Assembly (NCBI GenBank): GCA_963695895.1
Contig: CAVOIK010000033.1
Location: forward strand, 28,426-92,425
Source of the DNA: an uncultured delta proteobacterium
Lineage (GTDB): Bacteria > Desulfobacterota > BSN033 > UBA1163
Reading direction: 5' to 3'
DNA length: 64,000 nt
The notes under the pieces were generated by a model. It made no database searches. It saw only the letters and a program-made list of their open reading frames with translations, and had not been told where the DNA came from. The position numbers were made by a program, and so were the translations under genes. How positions within the stretch are numbered: the stretch's first letter is position 1; each line of letters starts with the position of its first letter. Shown piece after piece: positions 1 to 8,976 of the stretch.

Positions 1-240
1 AAACGCGATCTTGCCAGCCCGGACAGCGGCCACGACCTTTTGAATGGGTGAGACTCCAGGTCCTCCCTGAACCTCCGTGACCTTCACCTTTCCGTAGAAT
101 CCTTTGTCTACAGCCACCCAACCTCCTGCAGACTCCATGTGAACGAACCATGCTTCATGGACGATGGCCTCCTGGGCGAGTGCAGAAAATGGGAGAGCAA
201 CGAGAATCAGAACCATCCATACGAATCCACTTCTTTTCAT
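1..240 (-). CDS. ABC transporter periplasmic substrate-binding protein, NMT1/THI5 (NitT/TauT) type; N-terminal part only, gene leaves the window
   Basis: Own minus-strand translation from ATG 240..238 gives MKRSGFVWMVLILVALPFSALAQEAIVHEAWFVHMESAGGWVAVDKGFYGKVKVTEVQGGPGVSPIQKVVAAVRAGKIAF. N-terminus looks like a signal peptide. AGGAGG lies upstream (249..254, minus strand). The gene is downstream of the matching permease. It is absent from the ORF track because it is truncated by the window edge. Confidence 0.6.
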   Translation of the reverse strand, partial: MKRSGFVWMVLILVALPFSALAQEAIVHEAWFVHMESAGGWVAVDKGFYGKVKVTEVQGGPGVSPIQKVVAAVRAGKIAF

Positions 241-436
241 TTTGCTTTCCTCCTTTCGAATGCAGTTCGGAGTAATGAGTTCGGAGTCAACGAAGGGTCA
301 CCGATATAAAGACAACGATTCACTCCGACTTTCTCCACCGTTACAATTCACCTAATGATTCTTGAATCAACAACGTACCTACTCCCAATCCTTCACTCCC
401 TCATTCCTCTCTTTGAACTTCCAACGCCGAACTCTT

Positions 437-557
437 TGCGGGCAAGTCGGCTTGATACCCCGCCTTCCTGCCGATAGGCAGGGGCGGGGAGGAAAGCCGA
501 CCCTTTAATCATATCTACATCTCCCGGAAGCCCCGACCTGTGGGCGGTGGGCTTCAC
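437..557 (+). repeat. two-hairpin intergenic repeat, subtype A (stem GTCGGCT/AGCCGAC), copy A1
   Basis: Sequence is tGCGGGCAAGTCGGCT...CCTGCCgataGGCAGG...AGCCGACCCtttAATCATATCTACATCTCCCGGAAGCC...GGGCTTCAC. It lies between the permease and the binding-protein gene. Confidence 0.9.
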
Positions 558-577
558 TCGAAACTCGCGCTTACGCG

Positions 578-1345
578 TCACCTCCTTTCCGCTGAGACAT
601 GCCATGCGATTAGTCTTTTTTCCATCAGCGTGATGATTCCAACAAAAGAAAGTCCAAGGAGGGAACAGGCGATGATGCTGGCAAAGACCCGAGGGGTGTC
701 CATAATGTAAATAGCGTCGACGATGAGAAATCCCAACCCTCTGTACGCCCCAAAGACTTCTCCGACCACGGCGCCAATGACGGCTAAGGTCCAGGCGACC
801 TTGAAGCTTGCCAAGATCTGCGGAAGGGCGGATGGAAATTGTAGATATTTGAACTTCTGCCAACCAGAAGAGTGATACGAATCCATCCATTTCATCTCTG
901 AGGCCCCCGCGGATGCGAGCGCTTTGAAGGTGGGACCGAGCACCGGGAAGAAGACACAGATCAAGGCGGTCATGACCTTTGACCCCATGCCGCTCCCAAA
1001 GATAATGACGATGGGGGCCGCGATGGCCACGATCGGAGTACTGTTGAGGATGACCGCATACGGATAAAACATTTCTTTTAAAGGGCGAGACCAGAGGAAG
1101 AAGACGGCAATCGCAATCGCCAAGAACGAGCCAATGATGAACCCAAGCCCCGCCTCGATCAAGGTCATAGCGGTGTGAAGAGCCAACAACTCTGCTTTTG
1201 CATAGACATAGGAAACGATGGTCGTGGGGGCAGGAAGAAGAAATTTAGGAATGTGAAGTCCCCTGACCAACAGTTCCCACAGGACCAAGATACCGATGAT
1301 TGAGGCGATGGAGTAACGATTCATGGTTTCATGCGAAAGCGACAA
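578..1345 (-). CDS. ABC transporter permease, NitT/TauT (SsuC/TauC-like) family
   Basis: 255-aa ORF that is hydrophobic and multi-spanning, with the typical binding-protein-dependent inner-membrane component layout. It is adjacent to an NMT1-type binding protein. Confidence 0.8.
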   Translation of the reverse strand: MSLSHETMNRYSIASIIGILVLWELLVRGLHIPKFLLPAPTTIVSYVYAKAELLALHTAMTLIEAGLGFIIGSFLAIAIAVFFLWSRPLKEMFYPYAVILNSTPIVAIAAPIVIIFGSGMGSKVMTALICVFFPVLGPTFKALASAGASEMKWMDSYHSSGWQKFKYLQFPSALPQILASFKVAWTLAVIGAVVGEVFGAYRGLGFLIVDAIYIMDTPRVFASIIACSLLGLSFVGIITLMEKRLIAWHVSAERR

Positions 1346-1386
1346 TCAACGATGTCAGCATCACCCGTGGTTCTTTTGAGTCGCGT

Positions 1387-1898
1387 TCATAGCCGATCCT
1401 GGTTCATGAAGCTTCCCCGATACGACGCTTCTCCTTCCGTTCGTTCCAGAATGATCTGGCAGATTCGGACGCCGGGCTTCAGAACGAGAGGGAAGGGGGC
1501 TAAGTTTCCGATTTCCAAAACCTGTCGATTATCGATCCCAGGTTGAACAAAGCTTGCCGTCATATGAATGACTAGCCCGATTCGGGCAAAGCGACTCCGT
1601 CCTTCAAGCCACCCGCAGATGTTCGGCGGCAGTTTGATTCTCTCGAGGGTGATGCCCAAGACCGTCTCGCCCGGCATGAGCGTAAAGGACTCTTCACCTG
1701 CGACCCGCTCGGTGAGGTCTTCGAGAGAGAGTTGTTCATCCACCGTGAGGGCATTCCGTAATTTCTTAAATACCCGAAACTCGTTGCCCAGGCGGAGGTC
1801 AATCGATCCCGGACCCACCTGATGTCTATCGAGGGGTCGATGCTGATGGTTCCCCGGCCGATCTCTTTCAAGATTTCTTCCTTCGTCAATATTCCCAT
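1387..1898 (-). CDS. dcd: dCTP deaminase, reading frame broken once in this assembly
   Basis: The N-terminus MGILTKEEILKEIGRGTISIDPSIDI is in the frame of ORF 1572..1913. The remainder, QVGPGSIDLRLGNEFRVF...GWLEGRSRFARIGLVIH...NRQVLEI, is in the frame of ORF 1387..1980. The frames switch near 1826..1832. Confidence 0.8.
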
Positions 1899-2030
1899 AC
1901 CTGAACCCTCCACCTCTCACCCATCTAATTTCCGGGAGACGCTCCAAAAGACCATCCTTCGTACGTCGTCCCATCTTCAAGAGCCAGGGTAGCCTTGCGT
2001 CGGTGTCCGATCACATTCCACTCCTTATTT

Positions 2031-2148
2031 CACGGGCAAGTCGGCTGAATATCCCACGGGGAGGGAAGCCGACCCTAGAATGATGTCACCATTTCCCGGA
2101 AGCCCAGCCCTGTGCCTGCCGGCGGTAGGCAGGGGCGAGGAGCTTCAC
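2031..2148 (+). repeat. two-hairpin intergenic repeat, subtype A, copy A2
   Basis: Sequence is CACGGGCAAGTCGGCT..short apex..AGCCGACCCtagAATGATGTCACCATTTCCCGGAAGCC...CCTGCCggcggtaGGCAGG...GAGCTTCAC. In this copy the CCTGCC/GGCAGG module sits in hairpin 2. Confidence 0.9.
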
Positions 2149-2228
2149 TGACTGTTTTCGTTCTTCGAAAAGCCATGTCTCTGTTTTATGATCTACGGTA
2201 AGTCATTATTGGAATACGATTTGGACAT

Positions 2229-2306
2229 AAAAAAAGACCCCCGACGAATCGAGGGTCTTGGAGGTCCACTTCACGGATTTTAAGACAAGGACTTTCATAC
2301 CGGTGT
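2229..2306 (-). ncRNA. candidate small RNA of about 78 nt (promoter plus intrinsic terminator, no ORF)
   Basis: On the minus strand: TTGACA (2341..2336), a 17-nt spacer, then TGgTAGAAA as an extended -10 (2318..2313). Terminator hairpin AAGACCCTCGattcgtCGGGGGTCTT is followed by a T7 run (2259..2229). This is prediction only. Confidence 0.3.
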
Positions 2307-2530
2307 TGAGCCTTTCTACCATGCTCAACGAGATTTGTCAAGGACCAATAAAAAAGAGTGGTGATGGCAGAGGCCTTCTCCATTCCTAAAAAGAGACTTT
2401 AGCCACGCCAGTAGAATCTTCAGGAATGACTGCTTGTCCCCGATCCGGAACGCCGCCATCCTCAGACAAAAATGGAGTCCCGATCACCCATCCCGCAGGC
2501 AGAGGGAATGAACGATCGGCTCAAGCGCCT

Positions 2531-2818
2531 TTACGCGTAAACGTAGATTCTTGCTTTTGTGGGACGAGACATCAGCTTCTCGATTCTGGTTTGAATCTTC
2601 TTTCTCTCGCGATTTTTCTCCCACGTCTTCCAGTCGTCGGCGCTCTGCCACGTGGTAATCACGACATAATTCTGGGGATCATCCAAGGACCGAAGTGTTT
2701 CGCCCGAGATGTAGCCCTTGGCAGGCATCGCCTTCGATCTCAACTCTCGAAGCAGCTTGGACAACTCTGCGGCCTTCCCCCTCTTAACCTTCCGATCGAT
2801 AATCACCCTTACGGCCAT
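2531..2818 (-). CDS. antibiotic-biosynthesis-monooxygenase (ABM) domain protein
   Basis: Translation is MAVRVIIDRKVKRGKAAELSKLLRELRSKAMPAKGYISGETLRSLDDPQNYVVITTWQSADDWKTWE, an ABM-like ferredoxin-fold pattern. GGAGG lies 8 nt upstream of the ATG at 2818. The track ORF 2531..2854 starts further upstream. Confidence 0.65.
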   Translation of the reverse strand: MAVRVIIDRKVKRGKAAELSKLLRELRSKAMPAKGYISGETLRSLDDPQNYVVITTWQSADDWKTWEKNRERKKIQTRIEKLMSRPTKARIYVYA

Positions 2819-3239
2819 CGTCCCCACCTCCTCTCTCTTGTTGCATCCTATCAAGTCTTTTCCAAGATTTCAAGGAAAAAAGTGGAGGACCGATTAGCCT
2901 GTCAGTTACTGGGTCGCCCAGTCGTCCACAGAGGTCGATCTGCTCCGCCCTCGCGGTGCACCGCTCGCGTTTCAAAGGCGGGGCTTTACAGGTGAACCTA
3001 ACTAGCCTCTGGACTTTGATGAACGATGGTTTGTCAAGGGGGCGTGACGAGGCCCTTCGCAATAGGATCCGCCACTGAACCGCTGCGGGTGAGCAGGTCC
3101 ACCTCCGTAGGATCGAAGTGTGCCGCGCGGTAAGGGGGTAACGTACAGGTATTCCTTTTGGAGAGGTTCCGCTCAAGACGTTGCTGGTCAATGTTTGGAA
3201 ATGTGAGATCTTAAACCTTCAAACACGGATGGACAACGG
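2819..3239. other. about 420-nt GC-rich non-coding spacer with extensive helix potential (unassigned)
   Basis: No credible ORF; only overlapping frames with no family resemblance. Contains hairpins CTGGGtcgCCCAG and GCGGTG/CACCGC, and long-range pairs CTGCTCcgCCC / GGGtGAGCAG. No conserved motif of RNase P, tmRNA, SRP or the common riboswitches was recognised. Confidence 0.3.
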
Positions 3240-3347
3240 TGACCGGAGCGTGCCCTGCAAGCCCCGCCCTGTGGGCGGGGTAAAGGGGCACAATATAAAT
3301 GATAAATCATTGCCGGGAAGCCCCGCGCTGTGCGCAGAGAGCTTCAC
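3240..3347 (+). repeat. two-hairpin intergenic repeat, subtype B (stem GTGCCCC/GGGGCAC), copy B3
   Basis: Sequence is TGACCGGAGCGTGCCCt...GGGGCACAATATAAATGATAAATCATTGCCGGGAAGCC...GAGCTTCAC. It abuts the HAD gene stop codon (3348..3350). Confidence 0.9.
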
Positions 3348-4064
3348 TCAGGGAGGAGCACCTTCTGAGCTTCTGTTTGTCTCTTTATCCAGAAACAAAG
3401 AAAAGGCTTCAAGATTCTCAAAAAGGAGTTCGGGGTGTTGACTCTTGAGATTCTCGGAAGACTCTTGCCCCGTGGATACGGCAACGGCAATGGCTCCAGC
3501 CCGTCTGGCTGCGATGACATCTGATTCTGTATCCCCCACCACCAGGGACTGTCCCAAAGGAATCTCTAATCTTCTGGCACATTCAATGATGGCGTCCGGT
3601 GAGGGCTTGCGTTCCTTAACTTCCCGGGAGGTGACGAGGGCATCCAGATACTTCTCCAGACCGTATCTTCGGAACCGGGCCCACTCGTTTTCAGGAGGGG
3701 ACGTCCTGCCGGTCGCGATACCGATTTTCAATTGATGGTTCTTCAGTTTCTCGAATAATCGGTCAACCCCGGGAAAAGGTTTGACCTCCTCCACCTCCAC
3801 TTTCAGGAAGAGATCGAGGATGTCACTCCGGAGGGTTTCGATGAAGGGTTCTTCAAAAGAGGATGAATATCTTTCGTGGAGTGTTTCCGCCAAATTCATA
3901 TTTCTTCTGAAGCAAGACGCCAAGAATTCTTCAGAGACAGGTGCCAGCTGGTACTTTTTTAGGATGATATTGAGCACGGAGACCAGCGTTGCAAAGGAAT
4001 CAACGAGAGTTCCGTCAATATCAAAGATCACTCCTGCAACCTGATGGCCATTGACTCTTAACAT
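3348..4064 (-). CDS. HAD-superfamily hydrolase (phosphoglycolate-phosphatase-like)
   Basis: HAD motifs are present: VIFDIDGTLVDS (motif I), GIATGRTS (motif II) and VVGDTESDVIAARRAG (motif IV). Confidence 0.8.
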   Translation of the reverse strand: MLRVNGHQVAGVIFDIDGTLVDSFATLVSVLNIILKKYQLAPVSEEFLASCFRRNMNLAETLHERYSSSFEEPFIETLRSDILDLFLKVEVEEVKPFPGVDRLFEKLKNHQLKIGIATGRTSPPENEWARFRRYGLEKYLDALVTSREVKERKPSPDAIIECARRLEIPLGQSLVVGDTESDVIAARRAGAIAVAVSTGQESSENLKSQHPELLFENLEAFSLFLDKETNRSSEGAPP

Positions 4065-4110
4065 CGATCGTTCCTATTTCTCAGGTCCCCTGAGCCAGCC
4101 ACGGCTGAAG

Positions 4111-5323
4111 CTAAGGAAGTTTCTTCCGCTCCCTCTCTAAAGAGATAAATGTTGTTTGGGGAACGAGCTTCCCTTCTTTCACCACAAAGACACGAGACTC
4201 CACACTTGGGCGGTGGTCTTGCGAAGTGATCGTGACGGGTGGAACGAGTCCTCCAAGAACAACATCATGAAACTTCTCCAAAGAACTCCGAATCCCGTCC
4301 CGAGACAGTCGTTCTTCGGGAAGGGATCTCCCCAAGGCCTCCGCGATGATTTGAGCCGTCACCCAACCTTCCACAAAGGAGACCGTATGGACGTCGTGGG
4401 GATGCCATCTCTGATGAGCTTCTTTGATGGCGATCATTCCAGGCACGTCTGCTCCAAAAGGCGAGAAAGGCTGAATGCCGAGGACACCTTCGAAAGGTCC
4501 GAGCATTTCATCGAAGCCTTTCCCATGGATCATCCATCTCGTTTTCCATCCGATGTCCTTTGCCTCTTGGAGGACTGAAAAAGCTTCTTTGGGAGTCAAA
4601 CTGAGGTAGACGAAGTCTGGATTGTATTGTACTACAGGGGCAAGGACCTTCGCCCCGGGTTTTTCCGTCTTGTCTGCGGAAGGGGTTTCTTTCGACGGAG
4701 AAAACTCGGAAAACAGAACGTCCGGTCCGACGTCAAGACCGAGACGATAGGCTTCCGATTTTGCCTCTTCCAGGAAGTGGCGATCAAGGTAGTCTGAGGA
4801 CCCGACGAAGAGGATTTTGGGTTTCTTTGCCTTAATGCCAGAATTTTCGGCGATGAACTTAAGCCCGATCTTCGATAGATCCAGGGGAGTGGGGGAGGCG
4901 GAAAAGAAATAAGGGTACTTAGAAGGGTAGGTCAACGGGGATGGCAAGAAACTCACGAACGTGGGCGATCCGATTGAAATGAATATGAGACTGAAGGTTG
5001 ATTGCGGTTTCGGCAGAGTAGGTATAGAGAACCAGGATGCGGTCGATCTCATTCAGTTTTCGGTAGGCCGCCACTGTTTCAGCGACTTGAGATGTGTCTT
5101 CAATGACGAGGATCTCGAGTCTTCGTCCAAAAATGCCCCCTTGTTGATTGATCCATCTTGCTCCATCCTGCAACCCTCGTGCACATTCCCGACCGAGGTC
5201 TCCCCAGCGGCCAGCAAAAGGAACCAGAGCACCTACTTTCATCGCGGTTTGGCAGGCGCCAGAACCTGGAATCCACAGAATGAGAAATGCAAGAATCAGA
5301 AGGAGGAATCCCCTTTTTTTCAT
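4111..5323 (-). CDS. branched-chain-amino-acid-type ABC substrate-binding protein (LivK/Peripla_BP_6-like), frame broken once
   Basis: The N-part MKKRGFLLLILAFLILWIPGSGACQTAMKVGALVPFAGRWG...YSAETAINLQS is in the frame of ORF 4919..5485. It continues as LIFISIGSPTFVSFLPSPLTYPSKYPYFFSASP... in the frame of ORF 4111..5052. The switch is near 4985..4995. ATG at 5323 has AGAGAGGA upstream. Confidence 0.75.
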
Positions 5324-5609
5324 AGTCCTCTCTATTAGGAATTGGCCGTATAGAGCACGGCCAGGATTCGGGCCACTTGTCTTCGTGACATTGGACCCGG
5401 TGAGGGATATTCGAATCGTAGTAAATCGAGTCTCCGGGATAGATGGCGCAGCCCGTGCAGGTGTTCCCACGTTCGCAACAGGCATAGAAGAATCCGAGTC
5501 GGTTCATCTCTCCTCCGATACGGATCAACGACTTCGGGCAGGAGACAGTGCAAAGGCCGCAACCCTTACACCGTTCGGGATCGATTTCAATCTTCGCCAC
5601 GGGAGACAT
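5100..5609 (-). CDS. 4Fe-4S ferredoxin-domain protein; 3' boundary doubtful
   Basis: N-terminus MSPVAKIEIDPERCKGCGLCTVSCPKSLI carries a canonical CxxCxxCxxxCP motif followed by CTGC. The expected second cluster motif is incomplete. The last 220 nt or so of the ORF overlap the livK-like gene, so the real end is probably upstream of 5323. Confidence 0.45.
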   Translation of the reverse strand: MSPVAKIEIDPERCKGCGLCTVSCPKSLIRIGGEMNRLGFFYACCERGNTCTGCAIYPGDSIYYDSNIPHRVQCHEDKWPESWPCSIRPIPNREDYEKKGIPPSDSCISHSVDSRFWRLPNRDESRCSGSFCWPLGRPRSGMCTRVAGWSKMDQSTRGHFWTKTRDPRH

Positions 5610-6016
5610 TCCACTTCACCAGGAATAAGGCTGAACCGCAATTAACAAAAATTTGTAACACAAGTCTCTAAACCTTAGCAAATGACAGGCGATGGGAACC
5701 CTGCATCTCTTCCCTCGAAGGGTTGACCCGTTCGGTCGCGTCTAGCGCCACCTTTGGAAACGGGGTGAAGGAGTGCGGCTCAGGGTCAACCTTGAGCAAG
5801 CCTCGGCCTTTAGGCCGAGGAGTCGAAAGGTTGACTTCCGTCAGTTTGATCAGTTACGAAAAAATCATCCGCCTATGGGACTCTGTTGTTGTTTTCTTTG
5901 ACGGCGACTGGTAATATAGAAAGAGGAGGCAATCCTTCCTCTTTTTTGCAGAAGGGGATGCGGGAACCTGGGAACGGGTGAAGGTGTCTGGATGAGGACG
6001 AAGGAGCTTCCCAAGG

Positions 6017-6403
6017 ATGAAATTGAGCCAAGAAGAATTCGAAGACGCAGTTCTCTCTGCATTGAAGAAATTGCCGAAGCTCCTCAAAAACAAGATGGAA
6101 AACATCGATGTGGTCGTTGAAGAGGAGGCCTCTCGCGAAATCCTCGAAGACATGGGACTCCGTTCTCCCCGTCACTTGTTAGGTCTCTATCAGGGAATCC
6201 CATTCGATCGGAGAGGGTTTTACTACGGGAACGTCCTGCCAGACAAGATTACCCTTTTCAAGAACCCCATCGAGTCCGTCTGCCGGAACAAAGACCAGGT
6301 GGAGAAAAAAGTTAGAGAGGTCGTGATTCACGAAGTGGGCCACTATTTTGGCCTCGACGATGAGAGATTAGAGGAGCTAGGAAATGGAGACGAAGGCGAA
6401 TAA
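6017..6403 (+). CDS. zincin-like metallopeptidase family protein (HExxH, DUF1025/Zincin_1-like)
   Basis: 128 aa with VVIHEVGHYFGLDDERLEELG, and the conserved LLGLYQGIP...G segment typical of this small family. Confidence 0.7.
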   Translation: MKLSQEEFEDAVLSALKKLPKLLKNKMENIDVVVEEEASREILEDMGLRSPRHLLGLYQGIPFDRRGFYYGNVLPDKITLFKNPIESVCRNKDQVEKKVREVVIHEVGHYFGLDDERLEELGNGDEGE

Positions 6404-7172
6404 CGCCTTCCTCAAGTTTATCGGGACAGCAGGGGCAAGGTTTGTGGTGATGAAGCAACTCCGGGCCTCAGGAGGCCTCTGGATGTCGGTTGAAAGGACG
6501 AACCTCTCGATTGATCCTGGCCCAGGTGCCCTGGTTCGGTGTCTCAGTAGCAAACCGAAACTTGATCCCTCGACACTGGATGCCATTCTTCTGACTCACA
6601 GACACCTCGACCATTCGGGCGACGTGAATGTGATGATTGAGGCCATGACCGAGGGAGGATTGAAAAAGAGAGGCATTCTGTTTGCGCCTGAAGATGCCTT
6701 GGAAAATGATCCGGTGGTGCTGCGATATCTGAGAGATTCCCTTGAGAAAATTGAGATCCTCACGGAAAACAGGACATACCGGGTTGGGGATATCTCGTTT
6801 TCCACAGCTGAGAAACATCACCACCGAGGGGAAACGTATGGCATCAATTTTCATCTGTCCCCTTGTACCGTTTCTTTAATCACGGATACGCGGTTCTTTG
6901 CTGAACTCCCGAAGATTTACAACGGCGAGGTGTTGGTGATCCACGTCGTTCGGCTCAATCCTACCGGAGATGCCCCGATCGACCACCTCTCCATCGAAGA
7001 TGTCAAGACCCTCATTAAGAAAGTGAAACCAAGATTAACCGTTCTGACTCATTTCGGGATGACGATGATTCGAGCCAAACCATGGAAGGTTGCTGCTGAA
7101 CTCGAGAAAGAGCTAGGAGTAAGGGTGATTGCAGCCAGCGATGGCTTAAAACTAGATTTAAAGGAGGTATGA
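6384..7172 (+). CDS. MBL-fold metallo-hydrolase
   Basis: HRHLDHSGD (HxHxDH) motif in a 262-aa protein. Confidence 0.75.
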   Translation: METKANNAFLKFIGTAGARFVVMKQLRASGGLWMSVERTNLSIDPGPGALVRCLSSKPKLDPSTLDAILLTHRHLDHSGDVNVMIEAMTEGGLKKRGILFAPEDALENDPVVLRYLRDSLEKIEILTENRTYRVGDISFSTAEKHHHRGETYGINFHLSPCTVSLITDTRFFAELPKIYNGEVLVIHVVRLNPTGDAPIDHLSIEDVKTLIKKVKPRLTVLTHFGMTMIRAKPWKVAAELEKELGVRVIAASDGLKLDLKEV

Positions 7173-8299
7173 TCATGGAAAAGTTGAGTGTAGGAGAATG
7201 GAAACCACAATCCGTCATTCTATTGGGGCCGGGTCCAAGCAATGTCCATTATCGAGTTTACCAAGCAATGTCAACCCCTGTCATCGGTTATCTCGACCCT
7301 CAACTTCTGACCTGTCTAGACGAGATCAGGTTGATGTTGAAAGATCTTTTCCAGACGAAGAATCGTCTCACCCTTGCCCTTCCTGCCACGGGAGGGGGTG
7401 GAATGGAAGCCTCTTTTTTCAATTTTGTCGAACCGGGAGATACAGTCGTCATCGGCGTCAAAGGGTTTTTTGGGGACAGGATGACGGAGGTGGCCAGTCG
7501 ATGTGGTGCGAAGGTCATTCGAGTCGATCAGGAATGGGGGAAGGTCATCGAGCCTGAACAAATGATCAAAACCCTCAAAGAACACCCGGAGGCAAAGATC
7601 TGTGCCATCATCCATGCCGAGACCTCGACAGGAATAAGGCAACCCCTTGAAGAAATCGGAGCTTACTGTAAGAAGACAGGCACCCTATTTTTAGTCGATG
7701 CGGTGACCTCTCTGGGGGGGTGCGAGGTGAAGGTGGATCACTGGGGAATTGACATCTGCTACAGCTGCACCCAGAAGGGGATCAGTGTCCCACCGGGACT
7801 TTCTCCGATCACGGTAAGCCCTAAGGCGACGGATGTACTCCACTCACGCAAGACGAAGGTCCAAAGCTGGTATTTTGACTTATCGCTTCTTGAAAAATAT
7901 TGGGGTGAAGAGAGAGCCTACCACCATACCACCCCTGCCTCCATGTTCTATGCCCTGAGAGAGGGATTGAGGATCGTTTTTGAGGAGGGACTCGAGGCAA
8001 GATTTAAACGTCACGAAACCCTGGGTGATCGCCTGAAGATGGAATTAGAGGACCTCGGCTTCAAACTCTTTGCCCAGGAAGGATATCGGTTGCCGATGTT
8101 GACTTCAGCCTACCTTCCCGCAGGAGTAGACGATGCCGCGACGCGGAAGAGGCTTCTGAATGATTATCATATGGAAGTGGGAGGAGGGTTGGGGCAGGTG
8201 AAAGGAAAGATCTGGCGCGTCGGCTTGATGGGTGAGGCGTGTCGGATTCAGAACATTGAGTATCTCATTGCCGCGCTCCGGGAGATTCTGAAAAAATAG
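7169..8299 (+). CDS. class V aminotransferase (alanine-glyoxylate / serine-pyruvate aminotransferase-like)
   Basis: Contains LLGPGPSNV, HAETSTG, DAVTSLGG and the SCTQKG PLP-lysine context. 376 aa. Confidence 0.8.
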   Translation: MIMEKLSVGEWKPQSVILLGPGPSNVHYRVYQAMSTPVIGYLDPQLLTCLDEIRLMLKDLFQTKNRLTLALPATGGGGMEASFFNFVEPGDTVVIGVKGFFGDRMTEVASRCGAKVIRVDQEWGKVIEPEQMIKTLKEHPEAKICAIIHAETSTGIRQPLEEIGAYCKKTGTLFLVDAVTSLGGCEVKVDHWGIDICYSCTQKGISVPPGLSPITVSPKATDVLHSRKTKVQSWYFDLSLLEKYWGEERAYHHTTPASMFYALREGLRIVFEEGLEARFKRHETLGDRLKMELEDLGFKLFAQEGYRLPMLTSAYLPAGVDDAATRKRLLNDYHMEVGGGLGQVKGKIWRVGLMGEACRIQNIEYLIAALREILKK

Positions 8300-8346
8300 A
8301 GAGGTGGCACCTCGAAGTCATCTTCGATGGAGCCAGATTTCTGAAG

Positions 8347-8976
8347 ATGGGTCGATGGGCTGAATCCCTCATGAATCGAAAAAGGGCAAAGAAAAGACCC
8401 CCATCGCGCGAAAAATGCCTGAGGCTCATGGACCAGCGTGGAATGCTGGGTAACATTGTCAGTCACAGTCTGGAGGTGACAAGGGTGGCACTCTTCCTCT
8501 GTGAAGAGCTGAATAAGAGAGGACAGCGGATCGATGCCGATCAGGTGGAGGCGGCTTCACTCCTGCATGATCTCGCCAAAACAGAATGCCTTTCAACGAA
8601 GGAAGATCACGCCCAACAGGGGTATGAGCTCTTGAAGAAGATGGGGTATGACAGAATTGGACAGGTGGTGGCCCAACACATTCAAATTTGGAAAGAAGGG
8701 AATCCTTCTTGTGTCTCAGAGGAAGAAGTTGTGAACTATGCCGACAAGAGGGTCTGCCACGATCGCATTGTTTCTCTCGAGACTAGATTTCAGGACCTCA
8801 AAGATCGCTACGGGAAGGGTCGGACGTCTCTTGGCCAGCTCAAAAAACTAGAAGAAGCAACTGTTGAGATCGAAAGAAAGATCTTCTCCATTCTTCAGAT
8901 GGATCCGAACGACCTTGAGCATCTTCAATGCAATCCGGTGAGTGGCCAACGACGAAATCGAAAGGGACAGAAGTGA
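8347..8976 (+). CDS. HD-domain (HDIG-like) phosphohydrolase
   Basis: H...HDLAK metal-binding signature. 209 aa. The stop overlaps the next gene as GTGA. Confidence 0.7.
   Translation: MGRWAESLMNRKRAKKRPPSREKCLRLMDQRGMLGNIVSHSLEVTRVALFLCEELNKRGQRIDADQVEAASLLHDLAKTECLSTKEDHAQQGYELLKKMGYDRIGQVVAQHIQIWKEGNPSCVSEEEVVNYADKRVCHDRIVSLETRFQDLKDRYGKGRTSLGQLKKLEEATVEIERKIFSILQMDPNDLEHLQCNPVSGQRRNRKGQK

Noticed and set aside
2426-3191. Long overlapping ORFs 2426..2995 (+, 189 aa) and 2784..3191 (-, 135 aa) as protein genes.
   Set aside because: They overlap each other and the well-supported ABM gene. They are Arg/Pro/Ser-rich, as expected from GC-rich non-coding DNA, and resemble no protein family I know.
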